Positions 1 through 12,050 of a stretch of 64,000 nucleotides of DNA are shown piece by piece. Below the pieces are notes generated by a model that searched no databases, had not been told where the DNA came from, and worked only from the letters and a program-made list of their open reading frames with translations. Location of the stretch: positions 122,638,001-122,702,000 of the forward strand of contig NC_087436.1 in assembly GCF_036321535.1 (NCBI RefSeq), in the 5' to 3' direction. The position numbers were made by a program, and so were the translations under genes. Every line of letters starts with the position of its first letter. Position 1 is the first letter of the stretch. Source of the stretch: Camelus dromedarius (taxonomy: Eukaryota).

Positions 1-1480
1 CGTCAGGCAACGGCACTTAGAAGTCACACGAACGTGAGATAAACTGAAGACGCCTCCTGTAACCCTCAAGCAACCCTGAAATAGCAAAATTCAGAATGAC
101 CACCGATAAACCAACAGAAGGAGTAAAGTCACAAAATACACTCAGTCCAAAAGAAGAGAGAAAAAGAGGGCAAAGGGGCTGAAGGTCAGACAAACAAACA
201 AAAAAAAGAGGACGGACGTGAGCCTGGACATGCTGGCACTGCAGTCGGTGCAAATCGTCAAAACGCTCCGGCTGACCGAAGTGCAGAGCTGTCCAATCGG
301 ATGGCCTACACGCCATCTGCGTGGGGCCCGCGGTGAACACAAAGCACAAAGACTGAACGGGTGGCTAAATGCCTTCTGAGAAAGGAAACCCCAAGCCCAC
401 ACAGGTCTCAAGGAAGAAACAAAGCCGGTTCTGCAGGGCCTCTTCCAGAAGCCTGAAGAGAAGAAAGCACTTCGCAGCTCGTTCTGCGAGACACAAATCA
501 CTCCGACAAACCACTGTGCGATGAAAGCAAAGAAAACCACTCACCGGCTTCCATCATGAGCATAAATGGAAAGGTTCTCAAACTTCAGCAAATGGAATCC
601 ATCAGTGTTTTCAAAGGATCGTGACCGAATGGGATCTGTTTCAGGAAGGCAAGGTTGGTTTAGCTCTCAAAAATCAAAAATGTAATTCTTCATATTAATA
701 GACTAAAAAAGAAAAACCTTATGACCATTTAAAGAGCCACAGAAAAAACACTTGATAAAATCCAGCAATCACTTCTAAGAAAAACCCTCAGTAAAACAGG
801 CACAGGAAAGAACCTCCTCAGCTTGGCAGGGGGCACCCCGGAAGAGCCAACGGCTGACGCCACACTTACTGCTGACGCCACACTTACTGCTGACGCCACA
901 CTTACTGCTGAAGGACTAGCGACCTTCACCCTAAGATCAGGGCAGAGGCAAGGGTGCCGTCCCCAGCTCTTCCGCTCGACACTGCACTGGGCATTCTAGC
1001 CAGTGCAGTAAGACAAAAGTAAAAACTGGATTTTTATTAATTTTAGTAACCTGGATTGGATTACCCAGATTGGAAAGCAAGTGATGGAGAGGAAGAAGTA
1101 ATACTTTATTCCTACACGGCAAGTTTGTCTGCATAGACAATCCTGTGGAATCTGCCAAAGGCTAATTGAACTAACACCTAAGCGAGCGAGCGTAGCGAGG
1201 TTGCAGGAACCAGACCGGTGCACGAAGGTCAGTGGTGCTCCTGTGCACTAGCAACAAACAGCTGGAAATTAAAGATTTAAAACAGCCTTTGCAACGCCAT
1301 CAGAAATATGGAATACGTGGGGGTGAATCTGACAAAACACGTGCGAGACCTGCACACTGAAAAGTACCAATCACTGCTGAGAGGAGTGAAGGAAGGGCTA
1401 AGCGAGGGCCAGCCAGACCCCGTGCCCCGGGCAGAGGGCGCGGGGCTGCCGCCACGTCCGTGCCCGCTCTCACCAATGTC
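1..1480 (+). mobile_element. Degraded old LINE-1 (L1M-type) inter-ORF/ORF2 fragments
   Basis: Recognisable ORF2 segments, e.g. CTTGATAAAATCCAGCAATC, CCCAGATTGGAAAG...GAAGAAGTAA and GAGACCTGCACACTGAAAAGTACC. The last is homologous to 29590-29680 and 61690-61770. Confidence 0.8.
853..911 (+). repeat. Perfect 18-bp tandem repeat (GCTGACGCCACACTTACT) x3.3
   Basis: Identical units at 853, 871 and 889, plus a partial unit at 907. Confidence 0.95.
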
Positions 1481-3499
1481 CAGGCTGCCTGGGCCCGTCA
1501 GGGACCAGGCTGAGGCCCCCCACGGGGCGTGTGGGCCAGCGGGGAAGACAGGAGGGAAATGACGTGACACCGGTGACTGACAGGTGAGGGAAGTCCTGAG
1601 AAGGGACCACATGGCGGCCCCAGGAGGCCTCAGATTGGGAGGCCACTTGTCTGGAGGGCAGAGAGGATCCCCACCTGTCTTCCTGAGCCAACGCCACCTC
1701 TCACTGTCCTTAAGGACCAGCTGCACGAGGACCTGGCAGCCCTGGATCACCCTAGGATGCTCTGCCGCCCTGCCCAGGGCTGGCACTGGCTCTCAGCCCC
1801 GGGAGGCCCCCTCCCCAGGGCATTTCTGGGCTGCCCACCAGGGGCTGCCCCAACAGGAGGAGCGAACCCAGTGGCTCCTGGCCGGGGACGGGCATGGCTG
1901 GAGTGCCGCTTCAGGGGAGCATGAGCCTTGCTGCCAGGGGCCGGGGACTTGCAGGCACAAGGAGGGTGCTGAGAGCTCCCTGTTGGGGGTATGGGCACCA
2001 CACTTCTGGGGATCTGGGAGACTGGCTCTCAGCTCACTTCCATTCTGCCAACTGGGACTGCGATCACCTCTGTAGATCTAGGCGGGGAGCTGGAAGGCAC
2101 CTCGCCTGCCTGCTCCCCGGCCTCCTGGGTCTGATGGAGGAGGGGTCACAAGTTATCCCAGCACTGCATGGAAAAGAGGGTCAGGCACCTGGCTCAACCC
2201 CCCGCCCCCCGTGGGAACTTCCCCTCCGCCCGCCTGTGGTTCCACCCCACCTGCCCCATGTCACCTCTGCACACGCTTCCCTGGCCTCCCTGGCCTCCCT
2301 GGTTGAGCACCCCTGCCCTTTTCTTCAGCATGATCCAGGGACAAAAGCCAACCCTAGCTAAGCCCCTCCCAGCCCACACCTGCACCTTCACCCAGGCTGA
2401 AGGTGGAGAGAAGGCGGAGGGGGTGGCTTGTCCCAAGACACAAGACAAGTCCTCCGAGTGCAGCAGGGGCTCCCCACTGGGGCCCTGCAGCTCCTGGAAG
2501 GGCTCAGTGAATTGGAGGGGAGGCTACTGGTGTCATGTGACTGATCCTGCTTCTGGTGCTGCTTAAGCTCCAGAATTTGTGAAAGCAGCCCCTCCCTCTT
2601 GCTGCACCTCCTACAGGATGGGATCCAGTGATCCGAATTCACACTACAGTGTAAAGTACTACCCTCCAAGCCTTGCTCGGAGGTCATGGCAGAGGAGCAG
2701 TCAGAAGGTGGAAATGCCCCACAGGAGAGCAGGTGGTGATGAAGAGGCTGGGGGCACGGGGCCAGTGCAAAGACTTCACACACACACCCCCCCCCCCGCC
2801 ATGGCCTGGGTGTCTCCCAGCTGGGAGGATGGGCACTCAGAGCTGGCTCTCTGGCAGGGAGCCCCAGAGACTAAAATTAAATGGGAGGAGGGAATTTTGG
2901 AGAGCGCAGAGACAGGCCCTGCAAGCCTTGGCGGGTGCGCTTGGCAGTGAAGAGGGGGAGGGGGAGGAGAAGCGGGGGGAGGGCAAGGGGGAGGGGGGAG
3001 GAGGGCGGGGGGGTTGCCCACTTTATTTCCTAGTAGGGTGGGGGATCATGCCCAGCTGGGAGGCAGTGGTGTCCACCACGCTCCCTTCCTACTTACGCCT
3101 TGCTCCGGGTCGTGGCTGTGCCTCTGGGAGCTTGGAACTGCCACGAGCTTTCTAGTGAAAAGGTAGAATGCAACAGGTCCTGAGCTTAGACTCCTGAGTC
3201 AGAGAGGCCCCCCGGCCCCCCAGCACTTGGGTGACCACACTCAGCAGTGAGTGTCACCTGGCGCCTCCCAGCATCTATTCAGCGGTCACCATGCCGGCTG
3301 GTGTGCCCAGCCTCCACCTGCCCTCTCGCCTCCTTACCGGCTCTTTGCCACACCCCCAGCGCCTGGCCTGGGCGCTGCTCTGGCTGCTGCGTTCCCTGCC
3401 CCCTGACCCTCACACCCACCTCCCCAGGGACCTGGCTTCGCTGTAGGCACCAAGGACACAGAAACAGACAAACCTGGGCTCGGGGTCAGTGAACCACAC

Positions 3500-3900
3500 A
3501 GATGAGTGTGGACCAGCAGCCACGGGCACCTTCAGGGACACACATGGCATGGGGACCTGTTGACGCATGAGACCCATCTGAAACTGAAGGATCAAGCAGA
3601 GCAAAGGGAACAGCATCTCCACAGAGGGAACAGCATGAACAAAAGCAGAGTGCTAGGAGGGAGCTATGAAAACCAGGACTGGACAGGCCAGTGAGGCTGG
3701 AGGACAGAGAACAGAGGCTCCCAGCTCAAGGGGTGGGGTTGTGGTGAGACCAGGGTCCTGAGGATCCTGGTGTGGTGAAGCTGTGCCTTCATCCTAGTGG
3801 CACAGGGAGTTGCTGAAGGGTCCTAAGCAGGGGTGATGGCAGGTGTCTGAGTCCAGGCTGAGATGGGGTGAGCCAGTGGAGGAGGGAGGGAGAGCTGAGA
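3500..3900. mobile_element. LINE-2 fragment
   Basis: L2-like phrases such as CAGAGGGAACAGCATGAACAAAAGC, GGCCAGTGAGGCTGGAG and GAAGGGTCCTAAGCAGGGG. Confidence 0.55.
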
Positions 3901-6900
3901 TTCTAAGGCGTGTAGGGCAGTGAGTCCGGCTCCCTGGAGGAGAAAGGGCTGGACAGGGGACCCTCCAGTACTCTGTGCTGGTTGAGTTGTGTTTGGGGTG
4001 TCTGGAGACCCTGGATGGAAACGCTGAGAGGACAGTGAGGTCTGGCCAGAGGTGAGGCCGGGTCAAGCTCGCTTGAGGAGGGAGGGAAGAGAAGGGGCTG
4101 GCTGTGCCCTGCAGTGGCAGCCCCCCACCCCACGGAGGAGAGTGCGGCCTCCCGGGTGTCCTGTCCTCCTCTGCAGGGCTCACGGCCACCCTGTTGAAGC
4201 TGCAACCCCGCCTCTGGAGGGAAACTAAGGCCTTCTGTGGATTCGGGCCACAGGCAGGATCAGGTGAGTGGAGCCTGCGTGCTGGACAGGGCCACGTGGA
4301 CACTTTGAGGGCGGGTGACCTGAGAGCTGTCCACTTCCTGGCCTGGCTCACCTACCAGATCCCCAGCCAGAGCCCCAGGTACCGGGCGTTTGCAGAGGGC
4401 GCGGGAGCCTCCCGGGAAGGGGTCAGCCGTCTCCGCGAGCCCGGCCCACCTCCTGGGAGGACAGAGGCCATAAAGCTACAGGAGAGGCAGCGTGGGCGCT
4501 CTTTAATTTGTGACTAATTTGCTGCACAATGAGGTCGCAATTTCCTAATTGTGATTGCCATTTTAATTTTACTCATGGCCGTGCAACCAACAGTGTATAG
4601 TCTAGTAATTAAAATTAATTGTACCTGCACCTGCATATTTCTATTAGGCTGTTAAATTTAGTCCGTAAGCTCAATGATTTTGCTCCCTGAAAGATGCCGA
4701 ATTCATTTCCGCCACACTTGGTGACTCCCCAGCCTTGCCCTCCGAGGGGTGGGGCCGTCTCTGCCCCAGCACCGCGGTTCCGGCAGGGCTGCGGGAGCCG
4801 AGCCCCAGAGGCCTGTCACGGGGCACGTGGGTCTACTACTTAATGGATTCCTGATGAATTATTAGGCTTCCAAATTGTATGTGAGGATTCCAGGAATAAT
4901 CTTGAAAACTCAAATGGTCTTTCTCCAACAGACCGAGCCTGTGAATGACTCCCCAGTGCAGGCTGAACCCTTTCCCAGCAGGGGCACCCGGTGGCTGGTG
5001 GCTGCGGGGTGGGGGGGCCTCCTTCTGAATCCCAGGTGCGAGACCTTGGGCTCGGCTGTCTAACATCAGGTCCAGGGAGCCCTCAGACGCCATCGCGGGC
5101 AGTCCTCTTCCTGGCAGGTCCCCAGGGCACCTGGAAAAGCACCTCTCCTGTGCTGGGTGAGAGTGGACAGGCCCTGGGACCCCCACCCCCAGCTGTGCCT
5201 GGCAGTACTGTGGCTGAGCCAATCAAACGCACCCTCCCAGGATCCCAAACCCACGGGCCGCTCGGGTGGGAGGCATGGGTGTCATGGCAACAGCAGCTGG
5301 GCGGCAGAGCCGGCCGGACGGGGAGACTCTGAGATGTTGCCAGGGGTCCCAGCACACCCACTGCCCACTGGAGTTAGCTGGAGTTGGTTTCCATGGTTTG
5401 TGACAAGGAATCCCAGTGACCTGGTCACAATCTGGTCTACAGAGTGGCCTGGGGGGCTTGGTTCGGGGTCCCAGGTCCACATCCTCCCCATCAAGAGATG
5501 GACAGGGCAGTTGTGAAGGAGTTGAAAGTTCTCAATCCAACTGAGCCAGGAGACCTCCCTCCAAGTCGCTGTCACTTCTTCCCTGAGGCCAGGCCATAAT
5601 GTGACTAGGGAGGGGTCCGCTGTGACTGCCCTTCCGCTTCATGGATGGAGACTTGGCTCCTGACTGGGCGGGAAGGAGGGATGGGCCATCAGTACCTGCT
5701 CAGGGAACCTGGGAACAGATGCCTCTCCACCTACCCCCCACCCCCCATTCATCCCCCATCCTCCTATCCATCCCTCCACCCATGCACCCCCTGACTCACA
5801 CTTCCACCCTCTGCCTGGTCTCCCCATGCCCCTAGCCCCAGCTTGGTGTGTGCTGAGGGCCTGCTGTGCCTCAGCCCCAGGCACAGAGCAGGGACAGTGG
5901 GCAGGACGGCTTGAGGCCTCAAGTTTGCACACCTTTTGGTGTGATCAGCAGAAAAAGCAGATCGTAAACAATAAATCCAGCCAATGTGTAAGATGCTCTG
6001 TGGAGATGCGCTAGGAGAAAGACAGTGCAAGGAAGGGGGTGGGGGGACGGGACCTCCCCGGGGGGCTGCCCTGGCAGGCCCCACCTCCTCCCCCCACCCA
6101 CTGGTGCGACCAGTCACTCTGTGTGACACCCTAGTGGCTCCTGCCACCCACAGGATCAAGGCCAGCCCCTCACACAGCCTTGAGACCCCAGCATACCTGG
6201 CCTCATCCCCCACGCCCTGCATCCCACCACCCACAGCCTGCTTCCCTCCTTCCCTGTCCTCAGCCCTGGACTCCTCTCCCCAGTTCTTCCCCTTGTGGTC
6301 TCCTCCCCCAGGAAGCCCTCCCTGACCACTCAGGCAGGGCTAAGAGTGCCCACAGGTACCAGGGCTCTGAGTCCAGAGCAGGAGTCCAGTGTGCACACAC
6401 CGAGGTGGGAAACCCTGCCCACCCTCCTCTCTGGACACAGCCCCAGGGCCCTCGCCCAGCTCCCCCACAGGACCCCACTTCAGCCCCACAGATGACTCTG
6501 CTGCCTGCCCCCACTGCCCAAGGGCCCAGACCTGGACACGAGCCCTTCTATCTCAGCTAAACACCTTCCCAACAAGTGGGCCACAAGCAAGGGGTCCTCC
6601 TGGACCCCTCCCTCATCCTCGGCCCTGTCCCTCCATGCCCTCCCACCCTGCCTGGCCCCTAGCTCTTGCCTGAACAGCTGAGCCATCTTAGCACCGTGTC
6701 CCCACTGCCCCCTCCCCATTATCCCTGTCTGTCTGTCTGTGGGAGACCGAGCCAGAGGGATCTCGGCAAAGCCAGCCTGGTGTGTTGGCCCGGCTACCTA
6801 CTCCACACATCTGTTGTCCAGACTCTGCCCGCCCCTACCTGCCCACTCTGCACAGCAGCCTCTGGGAGCCCCTCCACCACCGGCGTCACACACCCAGTGC

Positions 6901-6959
6901 CCTCGGCTTTCCGTGAACTAGCCTTTCTAGCCTTCTCCCCTTGGTGCTCTCTCAGCTCT

Positions 6960-7070
6960 GGTCACCGTGAGAGGCACACGTGGCTCATAGGCAGGAAGGG
7001 TTGTGTCCCCCTCAGTGCCCCAGCAGCCAGAATTCAGTGAATATTGTTGAATGAATGAATGAATGCCCCA
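6960..7070 (+). mobile_element. LINE-2 3' end with (TGAA)n tail
   Basis: CAGTGAATATTGTTGAATGAATGAATGAATG is a typical L2 terminus. Confidence 0.6.
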
Positions 7071-8479
7071 CAGCTGATCAATGGAACCAGCAGCTTCCTA
7101 CTTTTATTGTCCACTAACTTTACACAAAAAGCACCCACATATTCTGAGACTGACTCTGCAGTGCCTGGGGTGGGGGGCCTCATCAGTCGGGGGTGCGCTG
7201 TGATGCCCCCAAGCCCTGTTGGCACCTGCAGCTCACTTGTGCCCAGAGTGGCGGTGAGGCCGGCGAGGGAGAGCCAGAGCCATGGGGGTCAGGGAGCCTG
7301 CCCTGCCCTCTTCTCAGCCGGTGGAGGAGGATGGAAGGCTTTCCCCAGGACCGCGGGGTTGGTCCAGGGAGGCCACAAGGTGGGCTGTAGGGGTGGGGGG
7401 CAGGTCAGGGAGGCTAGAGTTCAGGGACCCAGGAACACCCATGTATAGGCCAGTGTCCCGTCCCACCCCTGCCTCAAGGTGGGCCCAGAACCTCTAGTGA
7501 GTGCTGGGGAGAGAGGGTGCCCTCCCTGACCCCTGTCCTTCACCTCTCCCCACCCATGCCATCCTTCCCTTGGGTGGCTCCTGGCCTTCATCCTGGCCCA
7601 CCTTGGGTCCAAGACCTCTGGGCTGGTCCCCTCTCCCGGGCCAGTGCACCTCAGGGTGGGGGGCGACACACCCAGCAGTCAGCACTTCCTGAGCACCTGC
7701 TGTGTGCTGACACTGCCCTGGAGCTGGGGACCAGGGCAGACGGCCCCCAGGCTAGCAGGGGAGATGGTGATGACAGACAGACACCACGAGCTGTCCTTGG
7801 CTGCGGGGGACAGACAGGGCCGTGGGGAGGGTCACGGTGCAGGGAGGAGGAGGAACAAGGGGAGGAAGATTCCAGGCCTGGAGAGGCCATGGTGACAGAG
7901 CACATCTGGGCAGGCGGACAGGCAAGGACAGGACAGGGGGCCTGGGGTCAGGAGAAGGGGTGAGAAGGGGCCCTGCTGGGCTGGGGCCAGGGATGGCCCC
8001 TACTCCAGGGAGGTAGGAGCCCTTGGGAGCACTGAACAGAAGACGGCATGAGCTGACCATCCCCCTTCTATGCAGCCAACAGAGTGTGGGGTCCAGGGCC
8101 ACAGCGCACTGAGCAGGGGGCCTGCCTGGCTGGGGGAGGGCTACAGCTCTGGAGAGATCCTGGAGGTGGAGTCAGGAGAGGCTGCTGAGACAGCTGTGAG
8201 CAAGACGTGAGGCAGACTGGGGAGCCCAAGTTCCCATCTGGGGGCACTCGGTGGGGGTGAGGCCAGATGAGGGCGAGGAACTCCCAGCTTTGGATCTAGG
8301 GGTCTGGACATCAAGAGAGGCCCTGCCTGGACACCAACATTCCAAAACCAGGGCTCAGGAAGGGGTGTGAGGTCCGGAGGCCAGAGGAGGGGGTGTGGAC
8401 CCACAGAGGGTCACACCTGGAGGGCCTGCCTTGGACTCTGCGGTGCCTGCGGGACAGGGGAGGGCGGGGCTGGGGCCTG

Positions 8480-9030
8480 GGGCTCCCACCCGGCGCCCCA
8501 TCCCGCCACACACCCCAGCCCGGGGCTTCATCCTGCGCCCCTCCCCCCACCCCGTAACGCGCTGCCCGCCGGCGGCCCGGCGGGACATAGGGACACGGGG
8601 ACGCGCGCGCGGGGACCGCTGACACCCGTCAGGCCCGATAACGGGCGCGGCGCCGCCGAGGCCTCGAGCGCATTAATCTTCCCCAAATTAAAATCTGCAG
8701 CGCGGCGTTTAAGATTGAGGCCACCACGGTTCAGCGCGGTGTGACCGCCAATTTTGATAAAAGTGCTCTAAGAGAGGGGAGACGGAGATAAATTGCCTGC
8801 GCTGCGGCGCCGCGGGTGAGAGCCGCGCGGACACCGGGTCGCGCCTGGCGCTTCCCGCGGCCCGCCCGGTGACGCTGGCCGCCGTTGGGCCCTCCGGGGG
8901 GCCGAGGCCACAGCTGGGGGCGCCCTGGGGGCGGCACCGCCCTAGCCACGTCCGCTGCCCTCCCCTCCCGGCTCACACCCACTTGGCGGAGGGAAGGAAT
9001 GCAGGCGCCGCCACCGAGAGCGGATTCCTC
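8480..9030. promoter_or_regulatory. Orphan CpG island with an AT-rich homeodomain-site core
   Basis: CpG-dense flanks around an AT-rich core (ATTAAT, AAATTAAAA, CCAATTTTGATAAAA) at ~8670-8800. No coding exon is recognisable. Confidence 0.6.
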
Positions 9031-10599
9031 TGCTCAACAAACATTCCTTGAGCACCTGCTCAGCGGCACCTGTGGGGATGCCCCACCCCCGGAAGTGCCG
9101 GCCCCCCTCGCCATCTCGGTCAGGCCCAGGATGGCTCAGAAGCCTCCCTGTCTGCGGCAAGGTGGGCCGGGTAACTGGTACCTGGTACCTGGTCAGGTGG
9201 GGTCAGAGGCCTGGGGGAGGAACACCGTGGGCTGCCTCGGCAGAAACTTCACCAGGCTTGCCCTGTCTCCCCAAGAGTGAGGCTTTCTCCACTCTCCTCC
9301 AAGCTGACTTTGCCCCTGACCTCCCTTTTCCGTGGAACCTTCCTCATGATGTCCCTCTGCCATGCCATCCCCTGCCTGACCCCTCCTGAGGGATCCATCC
9401 GTGCCCCTCACCCTCCTGCACCTGTCTTTGGAGCAGGACCTGGCCTCCCTCCCAGTGTCCCCTGTGTCCTCTACCTGTCCCCAGCATTGATCCCAGCCAG
9501 CTCCCCACCCTATTCTACAAACCCTGCCAGGCACAGCCTCACTTCCTCCAGCTTCCCAGCATCGAAGCCTGGCTGGCTAGAGCTGCTTCAGGTACAGGAT
9601 GGGGTCCAGAGTTGGGGGGTGAGTGGGCCATAGGCACGCCCAGTCTCTGAAAGAAGGAAAAAGCTCTGCCTGGCTCCCTAGTCTGAGAAGGAGCTCTCCT
9701 CGAGGGCTTCCTGGAGGAGGGAGCTCTTTCAGCCAACCCTGAGGAAAGAGCAGGAAGGGGCTACCCTGGACAAGGTACAGAGGCACAGAAGTCCCGAGTA
9801 GGGCTGGAAGGGGGAAGCCCTGCAGTCAGGTTGGAGCAGATCCAGGATGGGACCACGGGCACTCAGGCAAATCTTGGAAGGCCCCAGAGGAGGTGTGCTG
9901 GCACTCCCTCCACCAGACGTGTCTATGACAGCTTCTGCCTTTTCTTACAAAGTTCAGGCCAGCAAGAAACACGCAGTTCGCAGCATCGCCTGCCCGCTTT
10001 CTCCTCCCCTGAGCAGCTGTGAAATTGATATTTAAAACTAATTGTACAGTGCCCTCTGGACAGCCGGCCCAGGCAGTGGCCGGACAGCGACCACGTTCAT
10101 TCCATCTTGCCTCAGGCTCCGTCCGTGACCCCAGCCAGGAGATTAGGGAGCAGAGGATGAGGGGCTTATCTCTGGCGGACAGTGGCTGCCCCACCCCCAC
10201 CTGCCAACTGAAGCCCTCTCCTCCAGTGGCCTGGCAGCCGCTGAACTGCCCCCTCCTCAGAGAGTGGCCCTCCGATCTCATAACATCCAATTACTGCCCC
10301 TACTGCTGTCTGGGGCTCAGATCAAATCACTCAGCTGCCGTGAGGAGCCCCAAACAGGTCGATCTCAGCTGGTTAGACACGGTGTCCGACGCCAGGCAGT
10401 GGGCAGCCCACCGTGGGAGCCAGAGGCAGCGTTCACAGCCCTGGGGATTGCAGTGGCTGCAAGCTCCACACGGAGCAGAGTTGAGTTGGCTCTGGTTGTG
10501 GTTCAAGGCCGGGTCAGAGGACATGGTCTGACAGTCAGGGCACGATCAGGCATGCACAGGAGGGCAGGGTTCTCTAGAGAGGTCACCAGCAACTGACCC

Positions 10600-10900
10600 T
10601 AGGCTTCCTGACACTTAAGATGAGGTCATGGTGGAGTCAAGGGGCCCTTAATACAATGGCAGATGTCCTTACAAGAAGAAGAGAATAGACACGTACTGAG
10701 TGGGCAAGAAGGTTTCCAGAAGATCCCCGAGGATGGCGGGGCACTAGCAGGAACTGGAAGGGGTGGGAAGGATCCTCCCCGAGAACTTCTGGGGGGAACC
10801 CGGCCCTGCCAACAGCGCCATCCAGAAGGCTTCTAAAGTCCATGTAGCGGAGCATCCGCCCCCCCGGCAGCGCTCAGCAGACACCGCTCTCGGCCCCTGA
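10600..10900 (+). mobile_element. ERVL-MaLR solo LTR fragment (MLT1-like)
   Basis: TTAAGATGAGGTCAT...GTCCTTACAAGAAGAAGAGA...AGGAACTGGAAGGGG...GGCCCTGCCAACA are MLT1-like motifs. Confidence 0.65.
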
Positions 10901-11189
10901 CAGCTGGCAGCTGCCCAGAGCCCTCTCCAGGACCTTACACTGCAGCTGGGAGGAGCGGGAGGTGTCACCAGGACATGTGGCCTGCTCTCCCCTGCACCCA
11001 GGCCCCAAATGCGAGGCCATCCTGCAACAGGCACTGATGCTCATCCAAGGCATTCCAAGCAGGGCTTGGCTCCAGTTTGAGTAACAGCCTCTTGCATTCT
11101 GCCAAGTTATTAAAAACTTACTATCCTGTTTAATCTAATGAACAGTGTGCAGTCAGCAAGGCAGGCATTGTCCCCATTATCACTCCCCA

Positions 11190-11930
11190 TCACTTGTCCC
11201 CCCTCACCATGCTCACTATCGCCACCTTTGCCTTCACCACCACCACCACCACACCATCACCACCACCATCACCACCATCACCACCATCACCATCATCACC
11301 ACCACCACCACACCACCATCACCACCATCATCACCACCACACCGCTATCATCACCACACCACAATCACCATCACCACCATCACCACCACCACCACCACCA
11401 TCATCACCACAACCACTATCATCACCACCACACCACAATCACCATCACCACCATCACCATCACCACCACCACCACCACCATCATCACCACACCATCACCA
11501 TCACCACCACCATCACCATCACCATCATCACCACCACACCACCATCATCACCACACCACCATCACCATCACCACCATCACCACCACACCACAATCACCAT
11601 CACCATCACCACCATCAGCACCACCACCACCACCATCACCATCACCACCATCACCACCATCATCACCACCGCACCACCATCATCACCACACCACAATCAC
11701 CATCACCACCATCACCATCACCACCACCACCACCACCATCACCACCACCACCACCATCACCACCATCACCACCGCCATCACCAGCACCACCACCATCATC
11801 ACCACCACACCACCATCATCACCACCATCACCACCATCACCATTGCTGTCATTGCCATCAACTCCTTAACTATGTCGTTTGTCATCTCCACTAACTTTAC
11901 CACCATTGTCAAATCATCACCATCATCAGC
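11190..11930 (+). repeat. Compound (CAC/CAT)n simple repeat, ~740 bp
   Basis: Continuous CACCAT/CACCAC array with recurring higher-order blocks such as CACACCACAATCACCATCACC. Confidence 0.95.
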
Positions 11931-11934
11931 CAAA

Positions 11935-12050
11935 ATCAATTATCAGCTGAAAAGTCAAAGGTGCAGATGTTGGATGACTATCCCAAGGCCACTCAGCTGG
12001 TTTGTAGGAAAGCAAAGACTCAAACACCTTCCAACCTGACTTCTATTCTA
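11935..12050 (-). mobile_element. MIR fragment (apparent continuation of a piece at ~11125-11180)
   Basis: CCCAAGGCCACTCAGCTGG...GACTCAAACACC...CTGACTTC resembles the MIR core, and AGGCATTGTCCCCATT lies before the array. Confidence 0.55.

Noticed and set aside
853..911. Short direct repeats as a CRISPR-like array
   Set aside because: The units are head-to-tail with no spacers, in a mammalian context with no cas genes.
8710..8752. TTCAGCGCGGTGTGACCGCC as an RE1 site
   Set aside because: Too many mismatches in both half-sites.
11138..12039. 243-281 aa His/Thr/Pro-rich ORFs in three frames
   Set aside because: These are translations of a stop-free (CAC/CAT)n repeat with no gene structure.
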